64,000 nucleotides of DNA from Caecitellus pseudoparvulus (taxonomy: Eukaryota; Protista; Bigyra: Bicosoecida), in the NCBI GenBank assembly GCA_965644315.1, contig CBFFRQ010000057.1, positions 558,001-622,000 of the forward strand, written 5' to 3'. Every line of letters starts with the position of its first letter. The stretch's first letter is position 1. The notes below the pieces were generated by a model, which saw nothing but the letters and a program-made list of their open reading frames with translations, made no database searches and had not been told where the DNA came from. Both the position numbers and the translations under genes were made by a program. Positions 21,101 through 30,605 of this stretch are shown piece after piece.

Positions 21101-23446
21101 TTGAGTCGGCAAGGGTCGGGAAGCCCAGTTGTTGGTCCAGAGGTTCACACCGACGACTCTGCTGGGTATAAGGATTTGTACTTTGCAATGCTCCAAGAAC
21201 TCCATGAGCTGAAAGAGAACCCACATATGCGATCAGGGCAGCATGTTGGCGCTGCGTTGAGTGCCCAGGCTGGCGCGTCTCACATTCAGAAGTTCCACAC
21301 ACCCACAAGACCGGAGCCACGTCGCCCACCCCCACATTCTCCACCAAGTCGCTCACCAGGTGCGGGGGCTGCCAAGACTTCACCAAATGATGGGGAAGAA
21401 GCGCTCGGAGCGCCCCATTTGAGCTGTTCTATCCACGCTGGCGAATCGGACTCCGCGAAGTCTTTGCCTCAAAGTGCAGCGAAGCCACCAAGTCCTCAGC
21501 GGCATTCTGCGAAAGGGTCGCACAGCGCTGACTCACTGGAAAGCGCTGAAGAGCCAGAGCATGGCATGCACCTTGCACCGTCAACTGTGGCAATGGAGGA
21601 TCAGGAGCGAGTACAACCGCGAACGGGGCGACGTAGCGTGCTGACACTGGACGCGAACCTCATTGATGAGTTTGCCCGGGATGTTTCAGAGACTGGGTCT
21701 GTCGGCGCACGGTCAGCTGTGTTCGGCGAGGGCGACGGTCTCCCTCTTGAGATGCTGCAGGTCATCTGGTCATTGTTCTTCCATTCTGTCTGCACAAGCA
21801 AAACTGTGCACCTTTCACACGGTCTCTCTGCGCGGGACTTTCAACAGCTCCTTCACGATGCCGGCGTGCCTTTCCTCGGAGCAGCGCGTGCAGCTCGAAG
21901 CTCTGAGGTTCAGGGGTGTTTACACACGGGCATTTCTATGGCACCAAATGTGACAGCAACAGTTCTGTCGATTGAGCTGAATGGGGGAAAGTGGGGGCGC
22001 GGGGAGCTTGCCCGGCATGGAGAATCGGTGAAGCAGTTACTGCACCAAGCTGCTGCTGCGGCAACGGAGGAGGGGAACATGGGGCAACAGCAGCAGCTCT
22101 CTCCAATTCTTCCGCCGGCCGATGGAGTGCATCCTCAGCCTGTTCATGCTGCACGAGTCGGAATCATCATGGAGCAGCGTCGTGCGGGGGGAGCAGACGC
22201 TGCCCGTCAGTTGTCGCCAATGGCCTCAAGAGCCTCGAGGGATATCATGCCCGGAGCCGCAAGCGCACCAGTGCACCATGCAGTCGCGGAGGGAGAGACC
22301 CCAGGCTCTAGAAGACTTCAGTTTACCGGGTTCTTGAGCGCTTTGCATGCCATCGCAGGCGAAGTGTATCCCGAGTACGAGGCTCGCTGTGTAGGGGCCA
22401 TGTCCCCGGGGTCTCATGGTGAAGGTGCTTTTTTCAACTCTCCATCCCCTCAAGCTGGTCGACATGATAGCGACACGGACACCGCGGTCTGGAAGCCTGG
22501 CTGCACTGCTGATGCCCGCAATGTTGCGTTGTGCAGGCTGTACTTGTGCTACCTGCTGCCGCTTGCCTTGCACAAGGGTCTAGCTCACGTACGGGAAGAA
22601 GTAGACGAGGAGAGCGACACCCAGGGCAGAGGACCAGATTGCCGCGTGCCTGAGCGCCCGCTTCGACCGCACGTGTCCGCGGACGGCAGCGTCCAGCACA
22701 CGGAGTTTGATGTCACGTGGTCTGGAAGCGTGTCTCAGTTTCTGATTGCTGACGTTATGGAGGACCAACACCTGCGAGAGGTGCTGGACTCAAACAAGGA
22801 ACCCATCTTGGCTGTCTTTAAGCACTTCTCTGATGTTCGCCTAGTGGGCGCTGGGCGGCGCAGTGAGTCACCGGGGATCACGCTGGAAGGAGTGCTCCGC
22901 ATGCTGAAAGGCTTTGAGGTGCTGTCCAAAGTGCCTATTCTTCAAGTCCAGCGGGTGTACGAAGTGTGCTTACTCAACACCCCAGTTGAAGGAGGCAGCG
23001 ATCCCAGGGTTGGGCACCAGCGAAGCGTCTTTTCCTGTTCTGCTCCGATCAGCAAGTATCTCTACTCAAGCTCTACCGCAGGCGTAGGGGCCTCTGTGCC
23101 GAACGCAGTGGCCATGGCACTGACATTGAAGGGGTTTCGACGATTCCTGTGTGGCTGTGCCCTGGTTGGAGGTGGTGTTTTGGTGCCAGTGTACGGCTTG
23201 CGTCAGGAGGAAGGGCGCTCATCCGGTGTCCGAAGTACGTACGCGACAGCCATGCGGATGAGCGCGGGGCAAGCAAGGCAAAGCGGTCCTTTGGTGGATA
23301 CAGGCAGCCATTGGCACCCCCTTCACATTGTGCTTCTTGCATTCTTAGACTGGCTTGACTGCCACAAAGCTGCAGGGTCTGGGCAAGCAGAGGTTGTCCC
23401 TCGCTTGCCCACTTTTCTGACCCGCATTCGCGGGACGAGCGTCTGA
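15143..23446 (+). CDS. Giant coiled-coil repeat protein (2767 aa) with a C-terminal degenerate EF-hand/p25-alpha-like region; probably cytoskeletal or flagellar-apparatus
   Basis: One uninterrupted ORF with a central 14-aa (two-heptad) repeat. C-terminal helical motifs LSARDFQQLLHDAGV, LQFTGFLSALHAIAGEVYP, ILAVFKHFS..ITLEGVLRMLKGFEV and LTLKGFRRFL resemble TPPP/EF-hand-like folds (weak call). Confidence 0.7.
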   Translation: MAAERPDAQLGASGLPNSQRQRHQRDGRNPASAPRAPGSIRTLSDIESEAASTGSSIRLPGAVAAQLGFRVDGRHVPLDPSLHAKPGAGHRRMRRGSATSMGSSITFATYGSAAFLESEELRDLDQVPGHVLPATRPASAGASPPSHLAGPFPAVHASTSSPPLVSNTMSALEDADFVPLPDSDQESASSRSGSESHEGSVSTVNTELIPGFRDGSPRRQSLVREQPPHRDWQALQQGWADLKARQSELELQRQELAEAMQRAGHSSPKAPNTMGGHEGESARTKSVPNACASTPQSTLEPHQQPKQIEKLTTMPKAERAIGEAKLASLQSEKDAAESALEAAVTEKDAVVSALEAAVTEKDAAESALEAAVTEKDAAESALEAAVTEKDAAVSALEAAVTEKDAAVSALEAAVTEKDAAVSALEAAVTEKDAAESALASLQSEKDAAESALEAAVTEKDAAVSALEAAVTEKDAAEWALEAAVTEKDAAESALASLQSEKDAAESVLEAAVTEKDAAVSALEAAVTEKDAAESALASLQSEKDAAESALEAAVTEKDAAVSALEAAVTEKDAAESALEAAVTEKDAAESALASLQSEKDAAESALEAAVTEKDAAVSALEAAVTEKDAAESALASLQSEKDAAESALEAAVTEKDAAESALEAAVTEKDAAEWALEAAVTEKDAAVSALGSLQSEKDAAESALEAAVTEKDAAESALEAAVTEKDAAESALASLQSEKDAAESALEAAVTEKDAAESALEAAVTEKDAAVSALASLQSEKDAAESALASLQSEKDAAESALEAAVTEKDAAVSALEAAVTEKDAAVSALASLQSEKDAAESALEAAVTEKDAAVSALEAAVTEKDAAESALEAAVTEKDAAESALEAAVTEKDAAESALASLQSEKDAAESALEAAVTEKDAAESALEAAVTEKDAAESALEAAVTEKDAAESALEAAVTEKDAAVSALEAAVTEKDAAESALASLQSEKDAAESALASLQSEKDAAESALEAAVTEKDAAVSALEAAVTEKDAAESALASLQSEKDAAESVLEAAVTEKDAAVSALASLQSEKDAAESALEAAVTEKDAAEWALEAAVTEKDAAESALEAAVTEKDAAESALEAAVTEKDAAESALASLQSEKDAAESALEAAVTEKDAAESALEAAVTEKDAAESALASLQSEKDAAESALEAAVTEKDAAVSALEAAVTEKDAAESALEAAVTEKDAAVSALEAAVTEKDAAESALASLQSEKDAAESALEAAVTEKDAAVSALASLQSEKDAAVSALEAAVTEKDAAESALEAAVTEKDAAESALASLQSEKDAAESALEAAVTEKDAAVSALEAAVTEKDAAESALASLQSEKDAAESALEAAVTEKDAAKSALEAAVTEKDAAVSALEAAVTEKDAAESALASLQSEKDAAESALASLQSEKDAAESALEAAVTEKDAAVSALGSLQSEKDAAESALEAAVTEKDAAESALEAAVTEKDAAVSALEAAVTEKDAAVSALGSLQSEKDAAESALEAAVTEKDAAVSALASLQSEKDAAESALASLQSEKDAAESALEAAVTEKDAAESALEAAVTEKDAAVSALEAAVTEKDAAVSALEAAVTEKDAAESALEAAVTEKDAAESALEAAVTEKDAAESALASLQSEKDAAESALEAAVTEKDAAVSALGSLQSEKDAAESALEAAVTEKDAAEWALEAAVTEKDAAVSALEAAVTEKDAAESALASLQSEKDAAESALEAAVTEKDAAESALASLQSEKDAAESALEAAVTEKDAAVSALEAAVTEKDAAVSALEAAVTEKDAAESALASLQSEKDAAESALASLQSEKDAAESALEAAVTEKDAAVSALEAAVTEKDAAVSALEAAVTEKDAAGAALASLQSAKDQLARNYDALEVSYGDLREELASLRSRLDASKDRVFQAVQLNEVLQDRLQVLEQRSGRADRFNVGTQTSALSAQGDDGPDDMYRSLSRQGSGSPVVGPEVHTDDSAGYKDLYFAMLQELHELKENPHMRSGQHVGAALSAQAGASHIQKFHTPTRPEPRRPPPHSPPSRSPGAGAAKTSPNDGEEALGAPHLSCSIHAGESDSAKSLPQSAAKPPSPQRHSAKGSHSADSLESAEEPEHGMHLAPSTVAMEDQERVQPRTGRRSVLTLDANLIDEFARDVSETGSVGARSAVFGEGDGLPLEMLQVIWSLFFHSVCTSKTVHLSHGLSARDFQQLLHDAGVPFLGAARAARSSEVQGCLHTGISMAPNVTATVLSIELNGGKWGRGELARHGESVKQLLHQAAAAATEEGNMGQQQQLSPILPPADGVHPQPVHAARVGIIMEQRRAGGADAARQLSPMASRASRDIMPGAASAPVHHAVAEGETPGSRRLQFTGFLSALHAIAGEVYPEYEARCVGAMSPGSHGEGAFFNSPSPQAGRHDSDTDTAVWKPGCTADARNVALCRLYLCYLLPLALHKGLAHVREEVDEESDTQGRGPDCRVPERPLRPHVSADGSVQHTEFDVTWSGSVSQFLIADVMEDQHLREVLDSNKEPILAVFKHFSDVRLVGAGRRSESPGITLEGVLRMLKGFEVLSKVPILQVQRVYEVCLLNTPVEGGSDPRVGHQRSVFSCSAPISKYLYSSSTAGVGASVPNAVAMALTLKGFRRFLCGCALVGGGVLVPVYGLRQEEGRSSGVRSTYATAMRMSAGQARQSGPLVDTGSHWHPLHIVLLAFLDWLDCHKAAGSGQAEVVPRLPTFLTRIRGTSV
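16121..20839 (+). repeat. Coding minisatellite: 112 units of 42 bp in two interspersed types (EKDAA[E/V]SALEAAVT and EKDAA[E/V]SALASLQS)
   Basis: GCATCACTGCAGAGC occurs at 16121 and at 20825, exactly 4704 = 112 x 42 bp apart. The unit core GAGAAGGATGCGGCGGAGTCGGC is visible throughout. Confidence 0.97.
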
Positions 23447-23486
23447 TGAACTGGCACGGAGAAATACACGAAAGGAAAGGAACTGT

Positions 23487-26400
23487 TCAAGACTCCAACT
23501 TGAACGTTTTATGCGACAAAGCCTCAAGCTGGGCAGTTGCATCTGCCGCATTGACGCCGCGGCTGCTCATGAACTTATGCGCCGCGCCGCCTGTGGGCGA
23601 GAGAAAGCTTGAGTGCATGCGGTCAGCCATTCCTGGTGGGCCACAAATCCAGCAGGCTGCAAGCCTTTCAAAACCACCACTACTGTCTGCTGCCCAGGAC
23701 GACAGGGCACCCATGGCATGATTCAGCGTCCGAGCTATGGTTTTGCTCGCGGCGCTGGAGTCCCTCAGCGACCCAGATGAACAGCAGAGCCACGTAACTC
23801 CACTGTTCGCAGTGAGAGCTTGAGACACATCAGCGTGGACTACATGCGGGAGCTCCAAAGTGTCAATGCTGACGTCACCGCTGAGGCGTGTAAAGTGCAC
23901 GTGCACTGAGATCCTATTGCCGCGGTCGCGTCGTGACGAGGCTGCAGCGAGGAAAGCCAAGAGCGGCAGGGCAACGGCTTCCGCCGGGTTTGAGGCAAGG
24001 ACGAGAAGATGCAAGTGGACCTCAGTGCTGAAGGGTGACTCGTGCTGGCCACCGAGCCTAGGCACTGCCAGCAGTGCAAATGCCAAGTCAACAAATGGTG
24101 CCAAGCCTGTTCCAGCCGCGATGGCGATTGCAAGTGCTGGACCCACTCCCGTTTCCAGGCCATTTACGGCGGCAACAAGCCCAAGTGGCGCGCCAGTGGG
24201 GCCTGCAATGCTTAAAGATGAGTGGGTCACGCCAGCCATGTCATGTAGGAAGCGAGAGCTGACCCCACGTGGAGCGGGGAAGCGCCGTACCCAAACCTGG
24301 ACACTGGGGTGGAGGAGGCTGTCCAAGCTAGGCTCATCGATGGCCGAGTACCAGGATGCCAGCGCAGCAGCGTCACATGACTGCATACTTTGCGTGAACA
24401 CCTGAGGCAGCCTCACTTGCGTGAAGGCTCGGCGGTGGGTCATGCCGTCGCCACTGGCTGCGTCTGAAACCTTCGGAATCAGCTGCCCTGTGCTCGGGTC
24501 AACATCAATAGATGCAGGCAAGTCTACGTACAGGTGCAAGCCAAAGGATGCCCAGTCAAGCAAGGGCTTCACATGCACTTGTTGACGAGACTCAGCCTGT
24601 TCCAGTGAAAATGCCACCACGGGCCTCTCACTTGAGAAGCCGCCAGCGCGGCTGGAAATATCATACCGGCGGCTGACACGCCACGGGTGGACTTTGCGCG
24701 CCTCCAGTTCACCCGCAGTGCCAACGACACTAGCCCGGCCTAGGCGAAGCCCTGCATGTGATGTCGGCGGTGTTGGACTGGGTGTGGCAGTCTCAGCTTC
24801 GGCAGGGTTCGCTGACACGGTTGTTGAGTCGTGGGAGGGCTTGACGCTTCCAGAGCGTGAAGAGAAGCAGCACCACAAGCAGGCGCGCTGGTGATCAGCG
24901 ACTCGCCTCGATTCGCCATGTGCTGTGCTGAGTGGTTCTGGGTGCTGTGCTTCAGCCAGGGATTCGCCTTCGGCTGCTGCAAGCGCGCGCATGCCAGTCT
25001 GGGACGTGTCGAGCACAGCCACAAGCATTGATGCAAGCATAGCACGGGCTCGATGTGAGTGCTTGTGGGATGGAATGCGAGGGTCCAGAGTGTCGACACC
25101 CACAAACGACTCTGTCACATCTTGTCCGACGGACTTGATGATGACGAAGGCTGACCCTGCATGCTGTTGTGCGAATTCAGCGACATCGTAGACACCTCCT
25201 CCAATGATCGTGAGCTTCTCATCATTGACAGCAACCTGTTCTTGGAATTCCTCGTACGTGATGACTGGGACCCCTTCATCTGTCAACACCCGCGTGGGTG
25301 CAGGGCTGCGCTTAAGCTGAGTGTCAACACGAAGACCGCCAGGCTCTGAACCCGGCGAAGGGCTGCGCAGGAGGGCAGCAGTGGGGATTCGGTCGGGAGA
25401 GCCGGGAGGCAAGGCTTTTCCCTCTTTGTGCAATGCAGTAAGGGACACCGGGCCCGTCGCTGCTTTGGGAAGGCTATCTGCAGCGCTGCTCCAAGCATGC
25501 AGCATCGCTTTCAAGCGCTCTGCCGCTTGTGCCGGGGAAAGTGTCCCGTCTTGCACCTTCTCGAATAAGGCTTGCAGCAGAGAGAGGGGCATGCTTGAAG
25601 GAGCACCTGGGGCTGCGACCGAGGTATGGCTTGGAGATGCGGCAGCGGCCGGGGACGGACACAAGCCAGCTTTGATTCCTCCTGCAGAGTGGGCATGCTG
25701 CTCCCCTTGCCGACTTGCAGCTTGTAACTTCGCAACCAGCCGAGCAGCAGTCAGGGCAGCTCTGCCATGCCTGTGCTGTGGAGTTCCCTGCTTGAGCCCC
25801 TTCCGAACTTGTAGCATTGATGAAGAGGGTTCCTTCTTTAGATCTGCCTGCGTCGCAGCTCGCTTGAGGGCTCGATCCAAGTCTGCCAGGGCGCCAGCTT
25901 TCTTGAGCTCTGCGATGACTGTCTGCTCGTCTCGCTGCCGCCGTGCTTCCAAAGCAAGGATCAGCAGGAAGAGAAGGCAGTACCAAGTGATGGGGACCCA
26001 AACATACTGTCCCCTTTCCCAGAATTGCACGCCCAAATACACCTGCGCACGGGGAGGGCTGGACGTCAATGCAACCGAAACACCGCAACAACAGCCAGGT
26101 CTGCGCTCGCAGGCACACTTACATTCGCGAGAGCAGTAGGAAACATGGCAAGCCCAAGCAGGACATGCCCTTGCTTGAAGCGCCTGAGGGTCCAAGTGGG
26201 AGTGGTGGTTGAGGTGAAGAACGCTTTGGCAGCTTGGCCGAGAGCGATCTGCAGCAGAGTTAGAAAGGCCAGGGTGATGCCGATGTACCCGTGGGGGGTG
26301 ATTGGGCGCCCCTGCGCTTCGGAGGTCGAGAAAGCAGCTGCAGCAGTTGGAATGGTTATCGTGCCAACAAGATTCATCACTGCATGGTGCAGGTCGATTG

Positions 26401-28613
26401 CAAAGGATTTCTTCCCTCCGGAGTACTCCATGAGTATGATCGACAAGGGAGTGACGACGCCCCATGCAACCGCCATCGTTACACCGTGAATGATGTAAGA
26501 GGTGTCGAACTCTTGCGCCGTGTCCAAGGATCCTGGCTGCACAACGTCAGCGCCCAACCCAGCAAACAAGTTCACCCGCGCACGGGCACGGTTGTTCACT
26601 CCATGGTACTGCAGGTTGGGACTATCCAAGCGGTACGCAAACACCATGGGCTGGAACACCTCCTGCATGCGGGCGGCATCGCCCTGCAAGGGCACAGCTT
26701 CGCCGGCAGCAATGGCAGCAAGGCTGTGTTGGAAGTAGGAGACGAGGGCTGCAGGGAGCTCGACACCGACGTCACTCGCGTCTGCAGGCACGGCTTTGCG
26801 CTGGATGGTAACTGAGAAGACATGCGCCCCCGAGTCTGTCCTGGATGGAGGGCTGCGAGATACTGGAGGTGTGGAGGTTGTGAGTGTATCTTCAAGATCG
26901 ACGGCATCCAAGTCAATGTAGCCGCCGGAAATTAGCACAGTGTCTGAGGCGTCAGAGTCCGGAGTCGGGGCAGAGTACGCTGTTGCAGCAGCATCAACCA
27001 CACGAGGGGAGCCTGGCAATAGGGTTCCAGTTGCGGGGTCAACCTCAACAAAGGCTCCAATCATATCAGAGCCAATCATCTGCGTGCCGAAACCGAAGGC
27101 GGCCCAGAAACCACTCCAGGCTCCGTTACCCACCTGACCCGCAGCGATGCGCACTCGAATGTTGAAGAGAATGAACTCTGGCGCAACCTGCAGTCTAACG
27201 CCCTCTGTGGATGCAGATTCGGCCAATGTCTTCGCTCCTTGCCTAGCAACGTCCATGTCGATAAGGTCTCCATTTCCTGCCGCAAACTCCCACCGCAAAG
27301 AGTAATCTTCGAGGAAGCCAAGTGCAGGCAGTGTCGTGTTTCGCCGACGCTGAACTCTCGCCGGGGAGGGCTCCCACAGGTTAATCTGCCGCCGTACTCG
27401 GCGATTCGCACCGTGGTGAACTGGCTCCCACCGGCTTGGATGCCATGCTGCAATGATGTCTTCAAAGCGAGGTGTCACTACAAGGCCTGCTGGTCGCGGA
27501 GCGCCAGCGCTCACCCAAGCGAAGTATGCGGCTAGGAAAGGGGGCGGGGAAATGACGTGATCCACAGCATCCCCGGTGTCGAGGAGACGGGAGTAGGACA
27601 TGGTGAAGGCTGTGGGCTGCCCTGGCGAGGTAGGCGGAGGGGTCTGAACCACAGCTGGGTCAAGAGTTCGGTTGGCCGCTGCTTCAGCTGCCGGGGCAAG
27701 GTATCCCCCTCCTTCGTCGTCAAGCAGGTCTTCCTGAGCATCACGCCTTGGAGGGCCTGTTGCGATTGGGTCTGTGTCGCTTGCCCATGACTGCACAGCA
27801 GAAAGCGGCGTGCAATTGGCTGGCGCCACAACACCCATGCGGCACTGTGTGTTGAGCAGGCGAACTCACGCGAACGATTGAAAAGTCCGAAGTGTTCACC
27901 ACAATGCGGCTGCAGAAAAGGTCACTACCAGCCATCCCCACCCCAAATCCAAACCCTGCCCAAACGCTGCGGGAAAGAAGGGGTCGCGTGCCAAAGCATG
28001 CGGCAAATGGCTCCGCAACGCAACCGAGCGCAGGTCTCGCCCTGCCGGCAAGGCAGAGTCGCGGGACGCACCCAGTGAAGCCAGGATCCCCAAGATGGGG
28101 TGTCTTCATGATCCAGCTGAAGCGAATGAACTCGGGGGCGGCAATGCGGGGGACGCTGCTCTCACCAGACGCCCAGCGTGTCGCGGCGTCCACGGCAGCG
28201 CTCAAGTCGTATACCTGTTTCCCTGCGTCGAGGAAACCCCAGCGGAGGGCATACTGGCCGCCTCCCAAATTAATGCCAGGTAGAGCATCTTGAGAAGGGT
28301 CAGAGGGCTGGCCAGCCATCGCACGGGCATGCCGAAACCACGTCGCAGTGCGCCCGCTCCAGCCATGTCTCAGAAACGCACGTGAAACCCAGGAGTGCCC
28401 CAGCCAAGCTTGCACCCACGAGGGATTTGCAAGGTCAACAGAGGGATGCTGCGTCAGGGGCTCATCTGCATGGTACCTAGACCCGGCTTCATTTCCATGC
28501 AGCAGCCCACCCACTGCGAGCAAGCACACAAACGCCACAACCAGCGCTGGTGGGAGCTGCACCAAACGAACCACGGCCGCCACGTGCTGGCTGCAGCGAT
28601 TGCAAGGCCCCAT
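23487..28613 (-). CDS. Multi-domain redox protein: signal/anchor - DOMON - DOMON - cytochrome b561 - cytochrome b5 - FAD/NAD(P)H ferredoxin-reductase-like domain (about 1620 aa; introns 27967-28071, 27791-27869, 26043-26122)
   Basis: DOMON1: WAGFGFGVGMAGSD...PVHHGANR. DOMON2: WAAFGFGTQMIGSD...LQYHGVNNR. b561 His residues in IIHG, DLHH, TPHG, QGHV. b5: GGVYDVAEFAQQHAGS..GQDVTESF..HKHSHRARAML. Reductase: RRAFT, GVSSRFL, IAGPTG, AIAAGTGLAPF, WICGPPGM. Three GT-AG introns join ORFs 27741..28664, 26066..27838 and 23487..26465 in frame. Confidence 0.85.
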
Positions 28614-28706
28614 GTCACGAGGTGAAACGTCTGCTGCTGGGCACCACCTATCTACGAAGAACAATTGTGCTGCTTTTCGAATTACCAGCCCCTCTTTCGT
28701 GCTGTA

Positions 28707-30605
28707 TTACAGGCCCAGCTCTGTGGGGGACACACCAGCGATGTGCAAGATGCGCTGAGCCGACACTGCCGCCTGCGCCGCAGATGTCGTCGTGATGACG
28801 TTGGCAGAGCTCAGCGTGGAGTACACCGACAGCAGGGTATCCCACCGGCTCCCCGTGCCTGACGGCGTCGGGCAGGCAATGACCGGCCACTTTGTGTTGC
28901 AAGCCACAATGGAGGCCAGCGTGCCTGCGCCTGCAGCGTCGACCGCCACGATGACCGTGGGGATGGTGCGCTCATGCACTGGCTTGAGCGGCTTCCCGTG
29001 CACGTCACGGGGCACGACCACACCTTCTTTGGGCGGGGCCGTGTCAATGCCGGCCAGGCCAAGGGAGGGGTCAGACTGCAGCCTCGCAATGCTGGCGCTC
29101 GCCGAGAAATCCTCCACAGCCTCCCCTTCAGCCACAGACTGCGGCCCTGAAGCATCGGGTGGGGGTGCCTCTAGCTCCGAGCCGTCTCCAAACAAGGTGC
29201 CGAACTTCAGCTTGCGAAGCTTGTTCAGGAGGCGGGCCACACTGCCAGGGGCGTTAGCTGCGCTAGGCCGAATCACGTGCACCTCTGACGCCACACCCTG
29301 GTTGCTCAAAGCCTCCGCGATGGCATTGGCGTGCTCCTCTGGCGTTGGGCCCGCATCTGCAGAGCTGGTGATGCCCGCTGCCGACGCGGACGCCTCAGCT
29401 GCTGCTGGGCCATCCGCAACTACCACCGTCCGGCCACGGCCGATGGAAGGGAAGGTGGCTCGCAAGGCTGCCACGATGGAAGGTTGCACACTTGTCGGTG
29501 TGTCTGGGAAGGCAAATGGCTGCCCCGTGATGAGTTCGTACAGCAGGGTGTAGCGGCGTGACAGCTCTGCCACGAGTTGCGTTGGCGCCTCGGGCAGCAC
29601 TGGGTCTCGGTATGGGTCGCAGTGCTGCCTGTACCACAGGCGGACGAACTCTTTATCGATGTTGTCGGGTTCCATTTTCATCGCGTGGCGCTCTGCGTAC
29701 GTGTCCAGCAGCCAGTACCGCGAACTGTCAGGCGTGTGCACCTCGTCGATGATGATGATCTCGCCATCGGACGCGATGCCGAACTCATACTTGGTATCAA
29801 CGAGAATCAAGCCAGCACTTGACGCAGTCTCTTGACCATACCGGAATAGCGCAAGGGCGTAGTCCCGACACTTCTCCCACACCTCCTGAGACAACCTGTA
29901 AGGCAAGGCGTGGTGCGGATTTTGAGCTGTGCATCTTGCCGACACACCCACGCTGTCACTGGCCAAAGGCGGGCGTTGCCAGGGTCTTGAAGGCACGTAC
30001 CACCCCTCTCCAACAATTTCCTTCGGACCTATTGGCCTGTCATGCTCGTCTTCTTTCGTCGTGGGCGTGATGATGGGCTCAGGCAGTTTGTCGTTCTTCC
30101 GCAGTCCCTGAGGCAGCTTGTTGCCACAGTACTCCAACGCCCCTGCCTTGTAGTGTGTCCACAACGAAGTGGAGGTGCTCCCTGTCATGTACGCTCGCAC
30201 GACGAACTCGATAGGCAAGGGGCGCGTCTTCCGTGCAATGGTCACATTGGGGTGTGGGACGTCCACGAGGTGGTTGGGGCAGATGTGCGCCGTGCGTGCG
30301 AACCACCAGGCTGCCACCGTGTTGAGCACTGCCCCTTTGAAAGGCACCTTGCACAGTACACGGTCAAAGGCAGACAGTCTGTCCGTGGTGACGATGATCA
30401 CCTTGTCCTCGTGGTGCAGGGTGTACACATCCCGCACCTTGCCGCGACGATACTGGCCCACACACAGGTGAGTGCCAGACAGCACCGAGCCGGCAACCAC
30501 AAACTTCGTGATGCGGTCTAAGTACTCGCTGGAGTTTGTCATGGCTGGGGGCACAAAGCCCTCGGAGGCGCCTGTACCCACGCCAGCACTCTCCTCAGCA
30601 GCCAT
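28707..30605 (-). CDS. purC: SAICAR synthetase (PurC/Ade1) with a C-terminal degenerate class II PurE (AIR carboxylase)-like domain; intron 29896-30000
   Basis: PurC motifs: GKVRDVY, TTDRLSAFDR, PIEFVVRAYMTGS, ITPTTK, LILVDTKYEFG, IDEVHTPDSSRYW, DKEFVRLW. The C-terminal IPTVIVAV...NTKWPVIACP resembles the PAICS AIRC domain. Confidence 0.92.
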   Translation of the reverse strand: MAAEESAGVGTGASEGFVPPAMTNSSEYLDRITKFVVAGSVLSGTHLCVGQYRRGKVRDVYTLHHEDKVIIVTTDRLSAFDRVLCKVPFKGAVLNTVAAWWFARTAHICPNHLVDVPHPNVTIARKTRPLPIEFVVRAYMTGSTSTSLWTHYKAGALEYCGNKLPQGLRKNDKLPEPIITPTTKEDEHDRPIGPKEIVGEGWYVPSRPWQRPPLASDSVGVSARCTAQNPHHALPYRLSQEVWEKCRDYALALFRYGQETASSAGLILVDTKYEFGIASDGEIIIIDEVHTPDSSRYWLLDTYAERHAMKMEPDNIDKEFVRLWYRQHCDPYRDPVLPEAPTQLVAELSRRYTLLYELITGQPFAFPDTPTSVQPSIVAALRATFPSIGRGRTVVVADGPAAAEASASAAGITSSADAGPTPEEHANAIAEALSNQGVASEVHVIRPSAANAPGSVARLLNKLRKLKFGTLFGDGSELEAPPPDASGPQSVAEGEAVEDFSASASIARLQSDPSLGLAGIDTAPPKEGVVVPRDVHGKPLKPVHERTIPTVIVAVDAAGAGTLASIVACNTKWPVIACPTPSGTGSRWDTLLSVYSTLSSANVITTTSAAQAAVSAQRILHIAGVSPTELGL

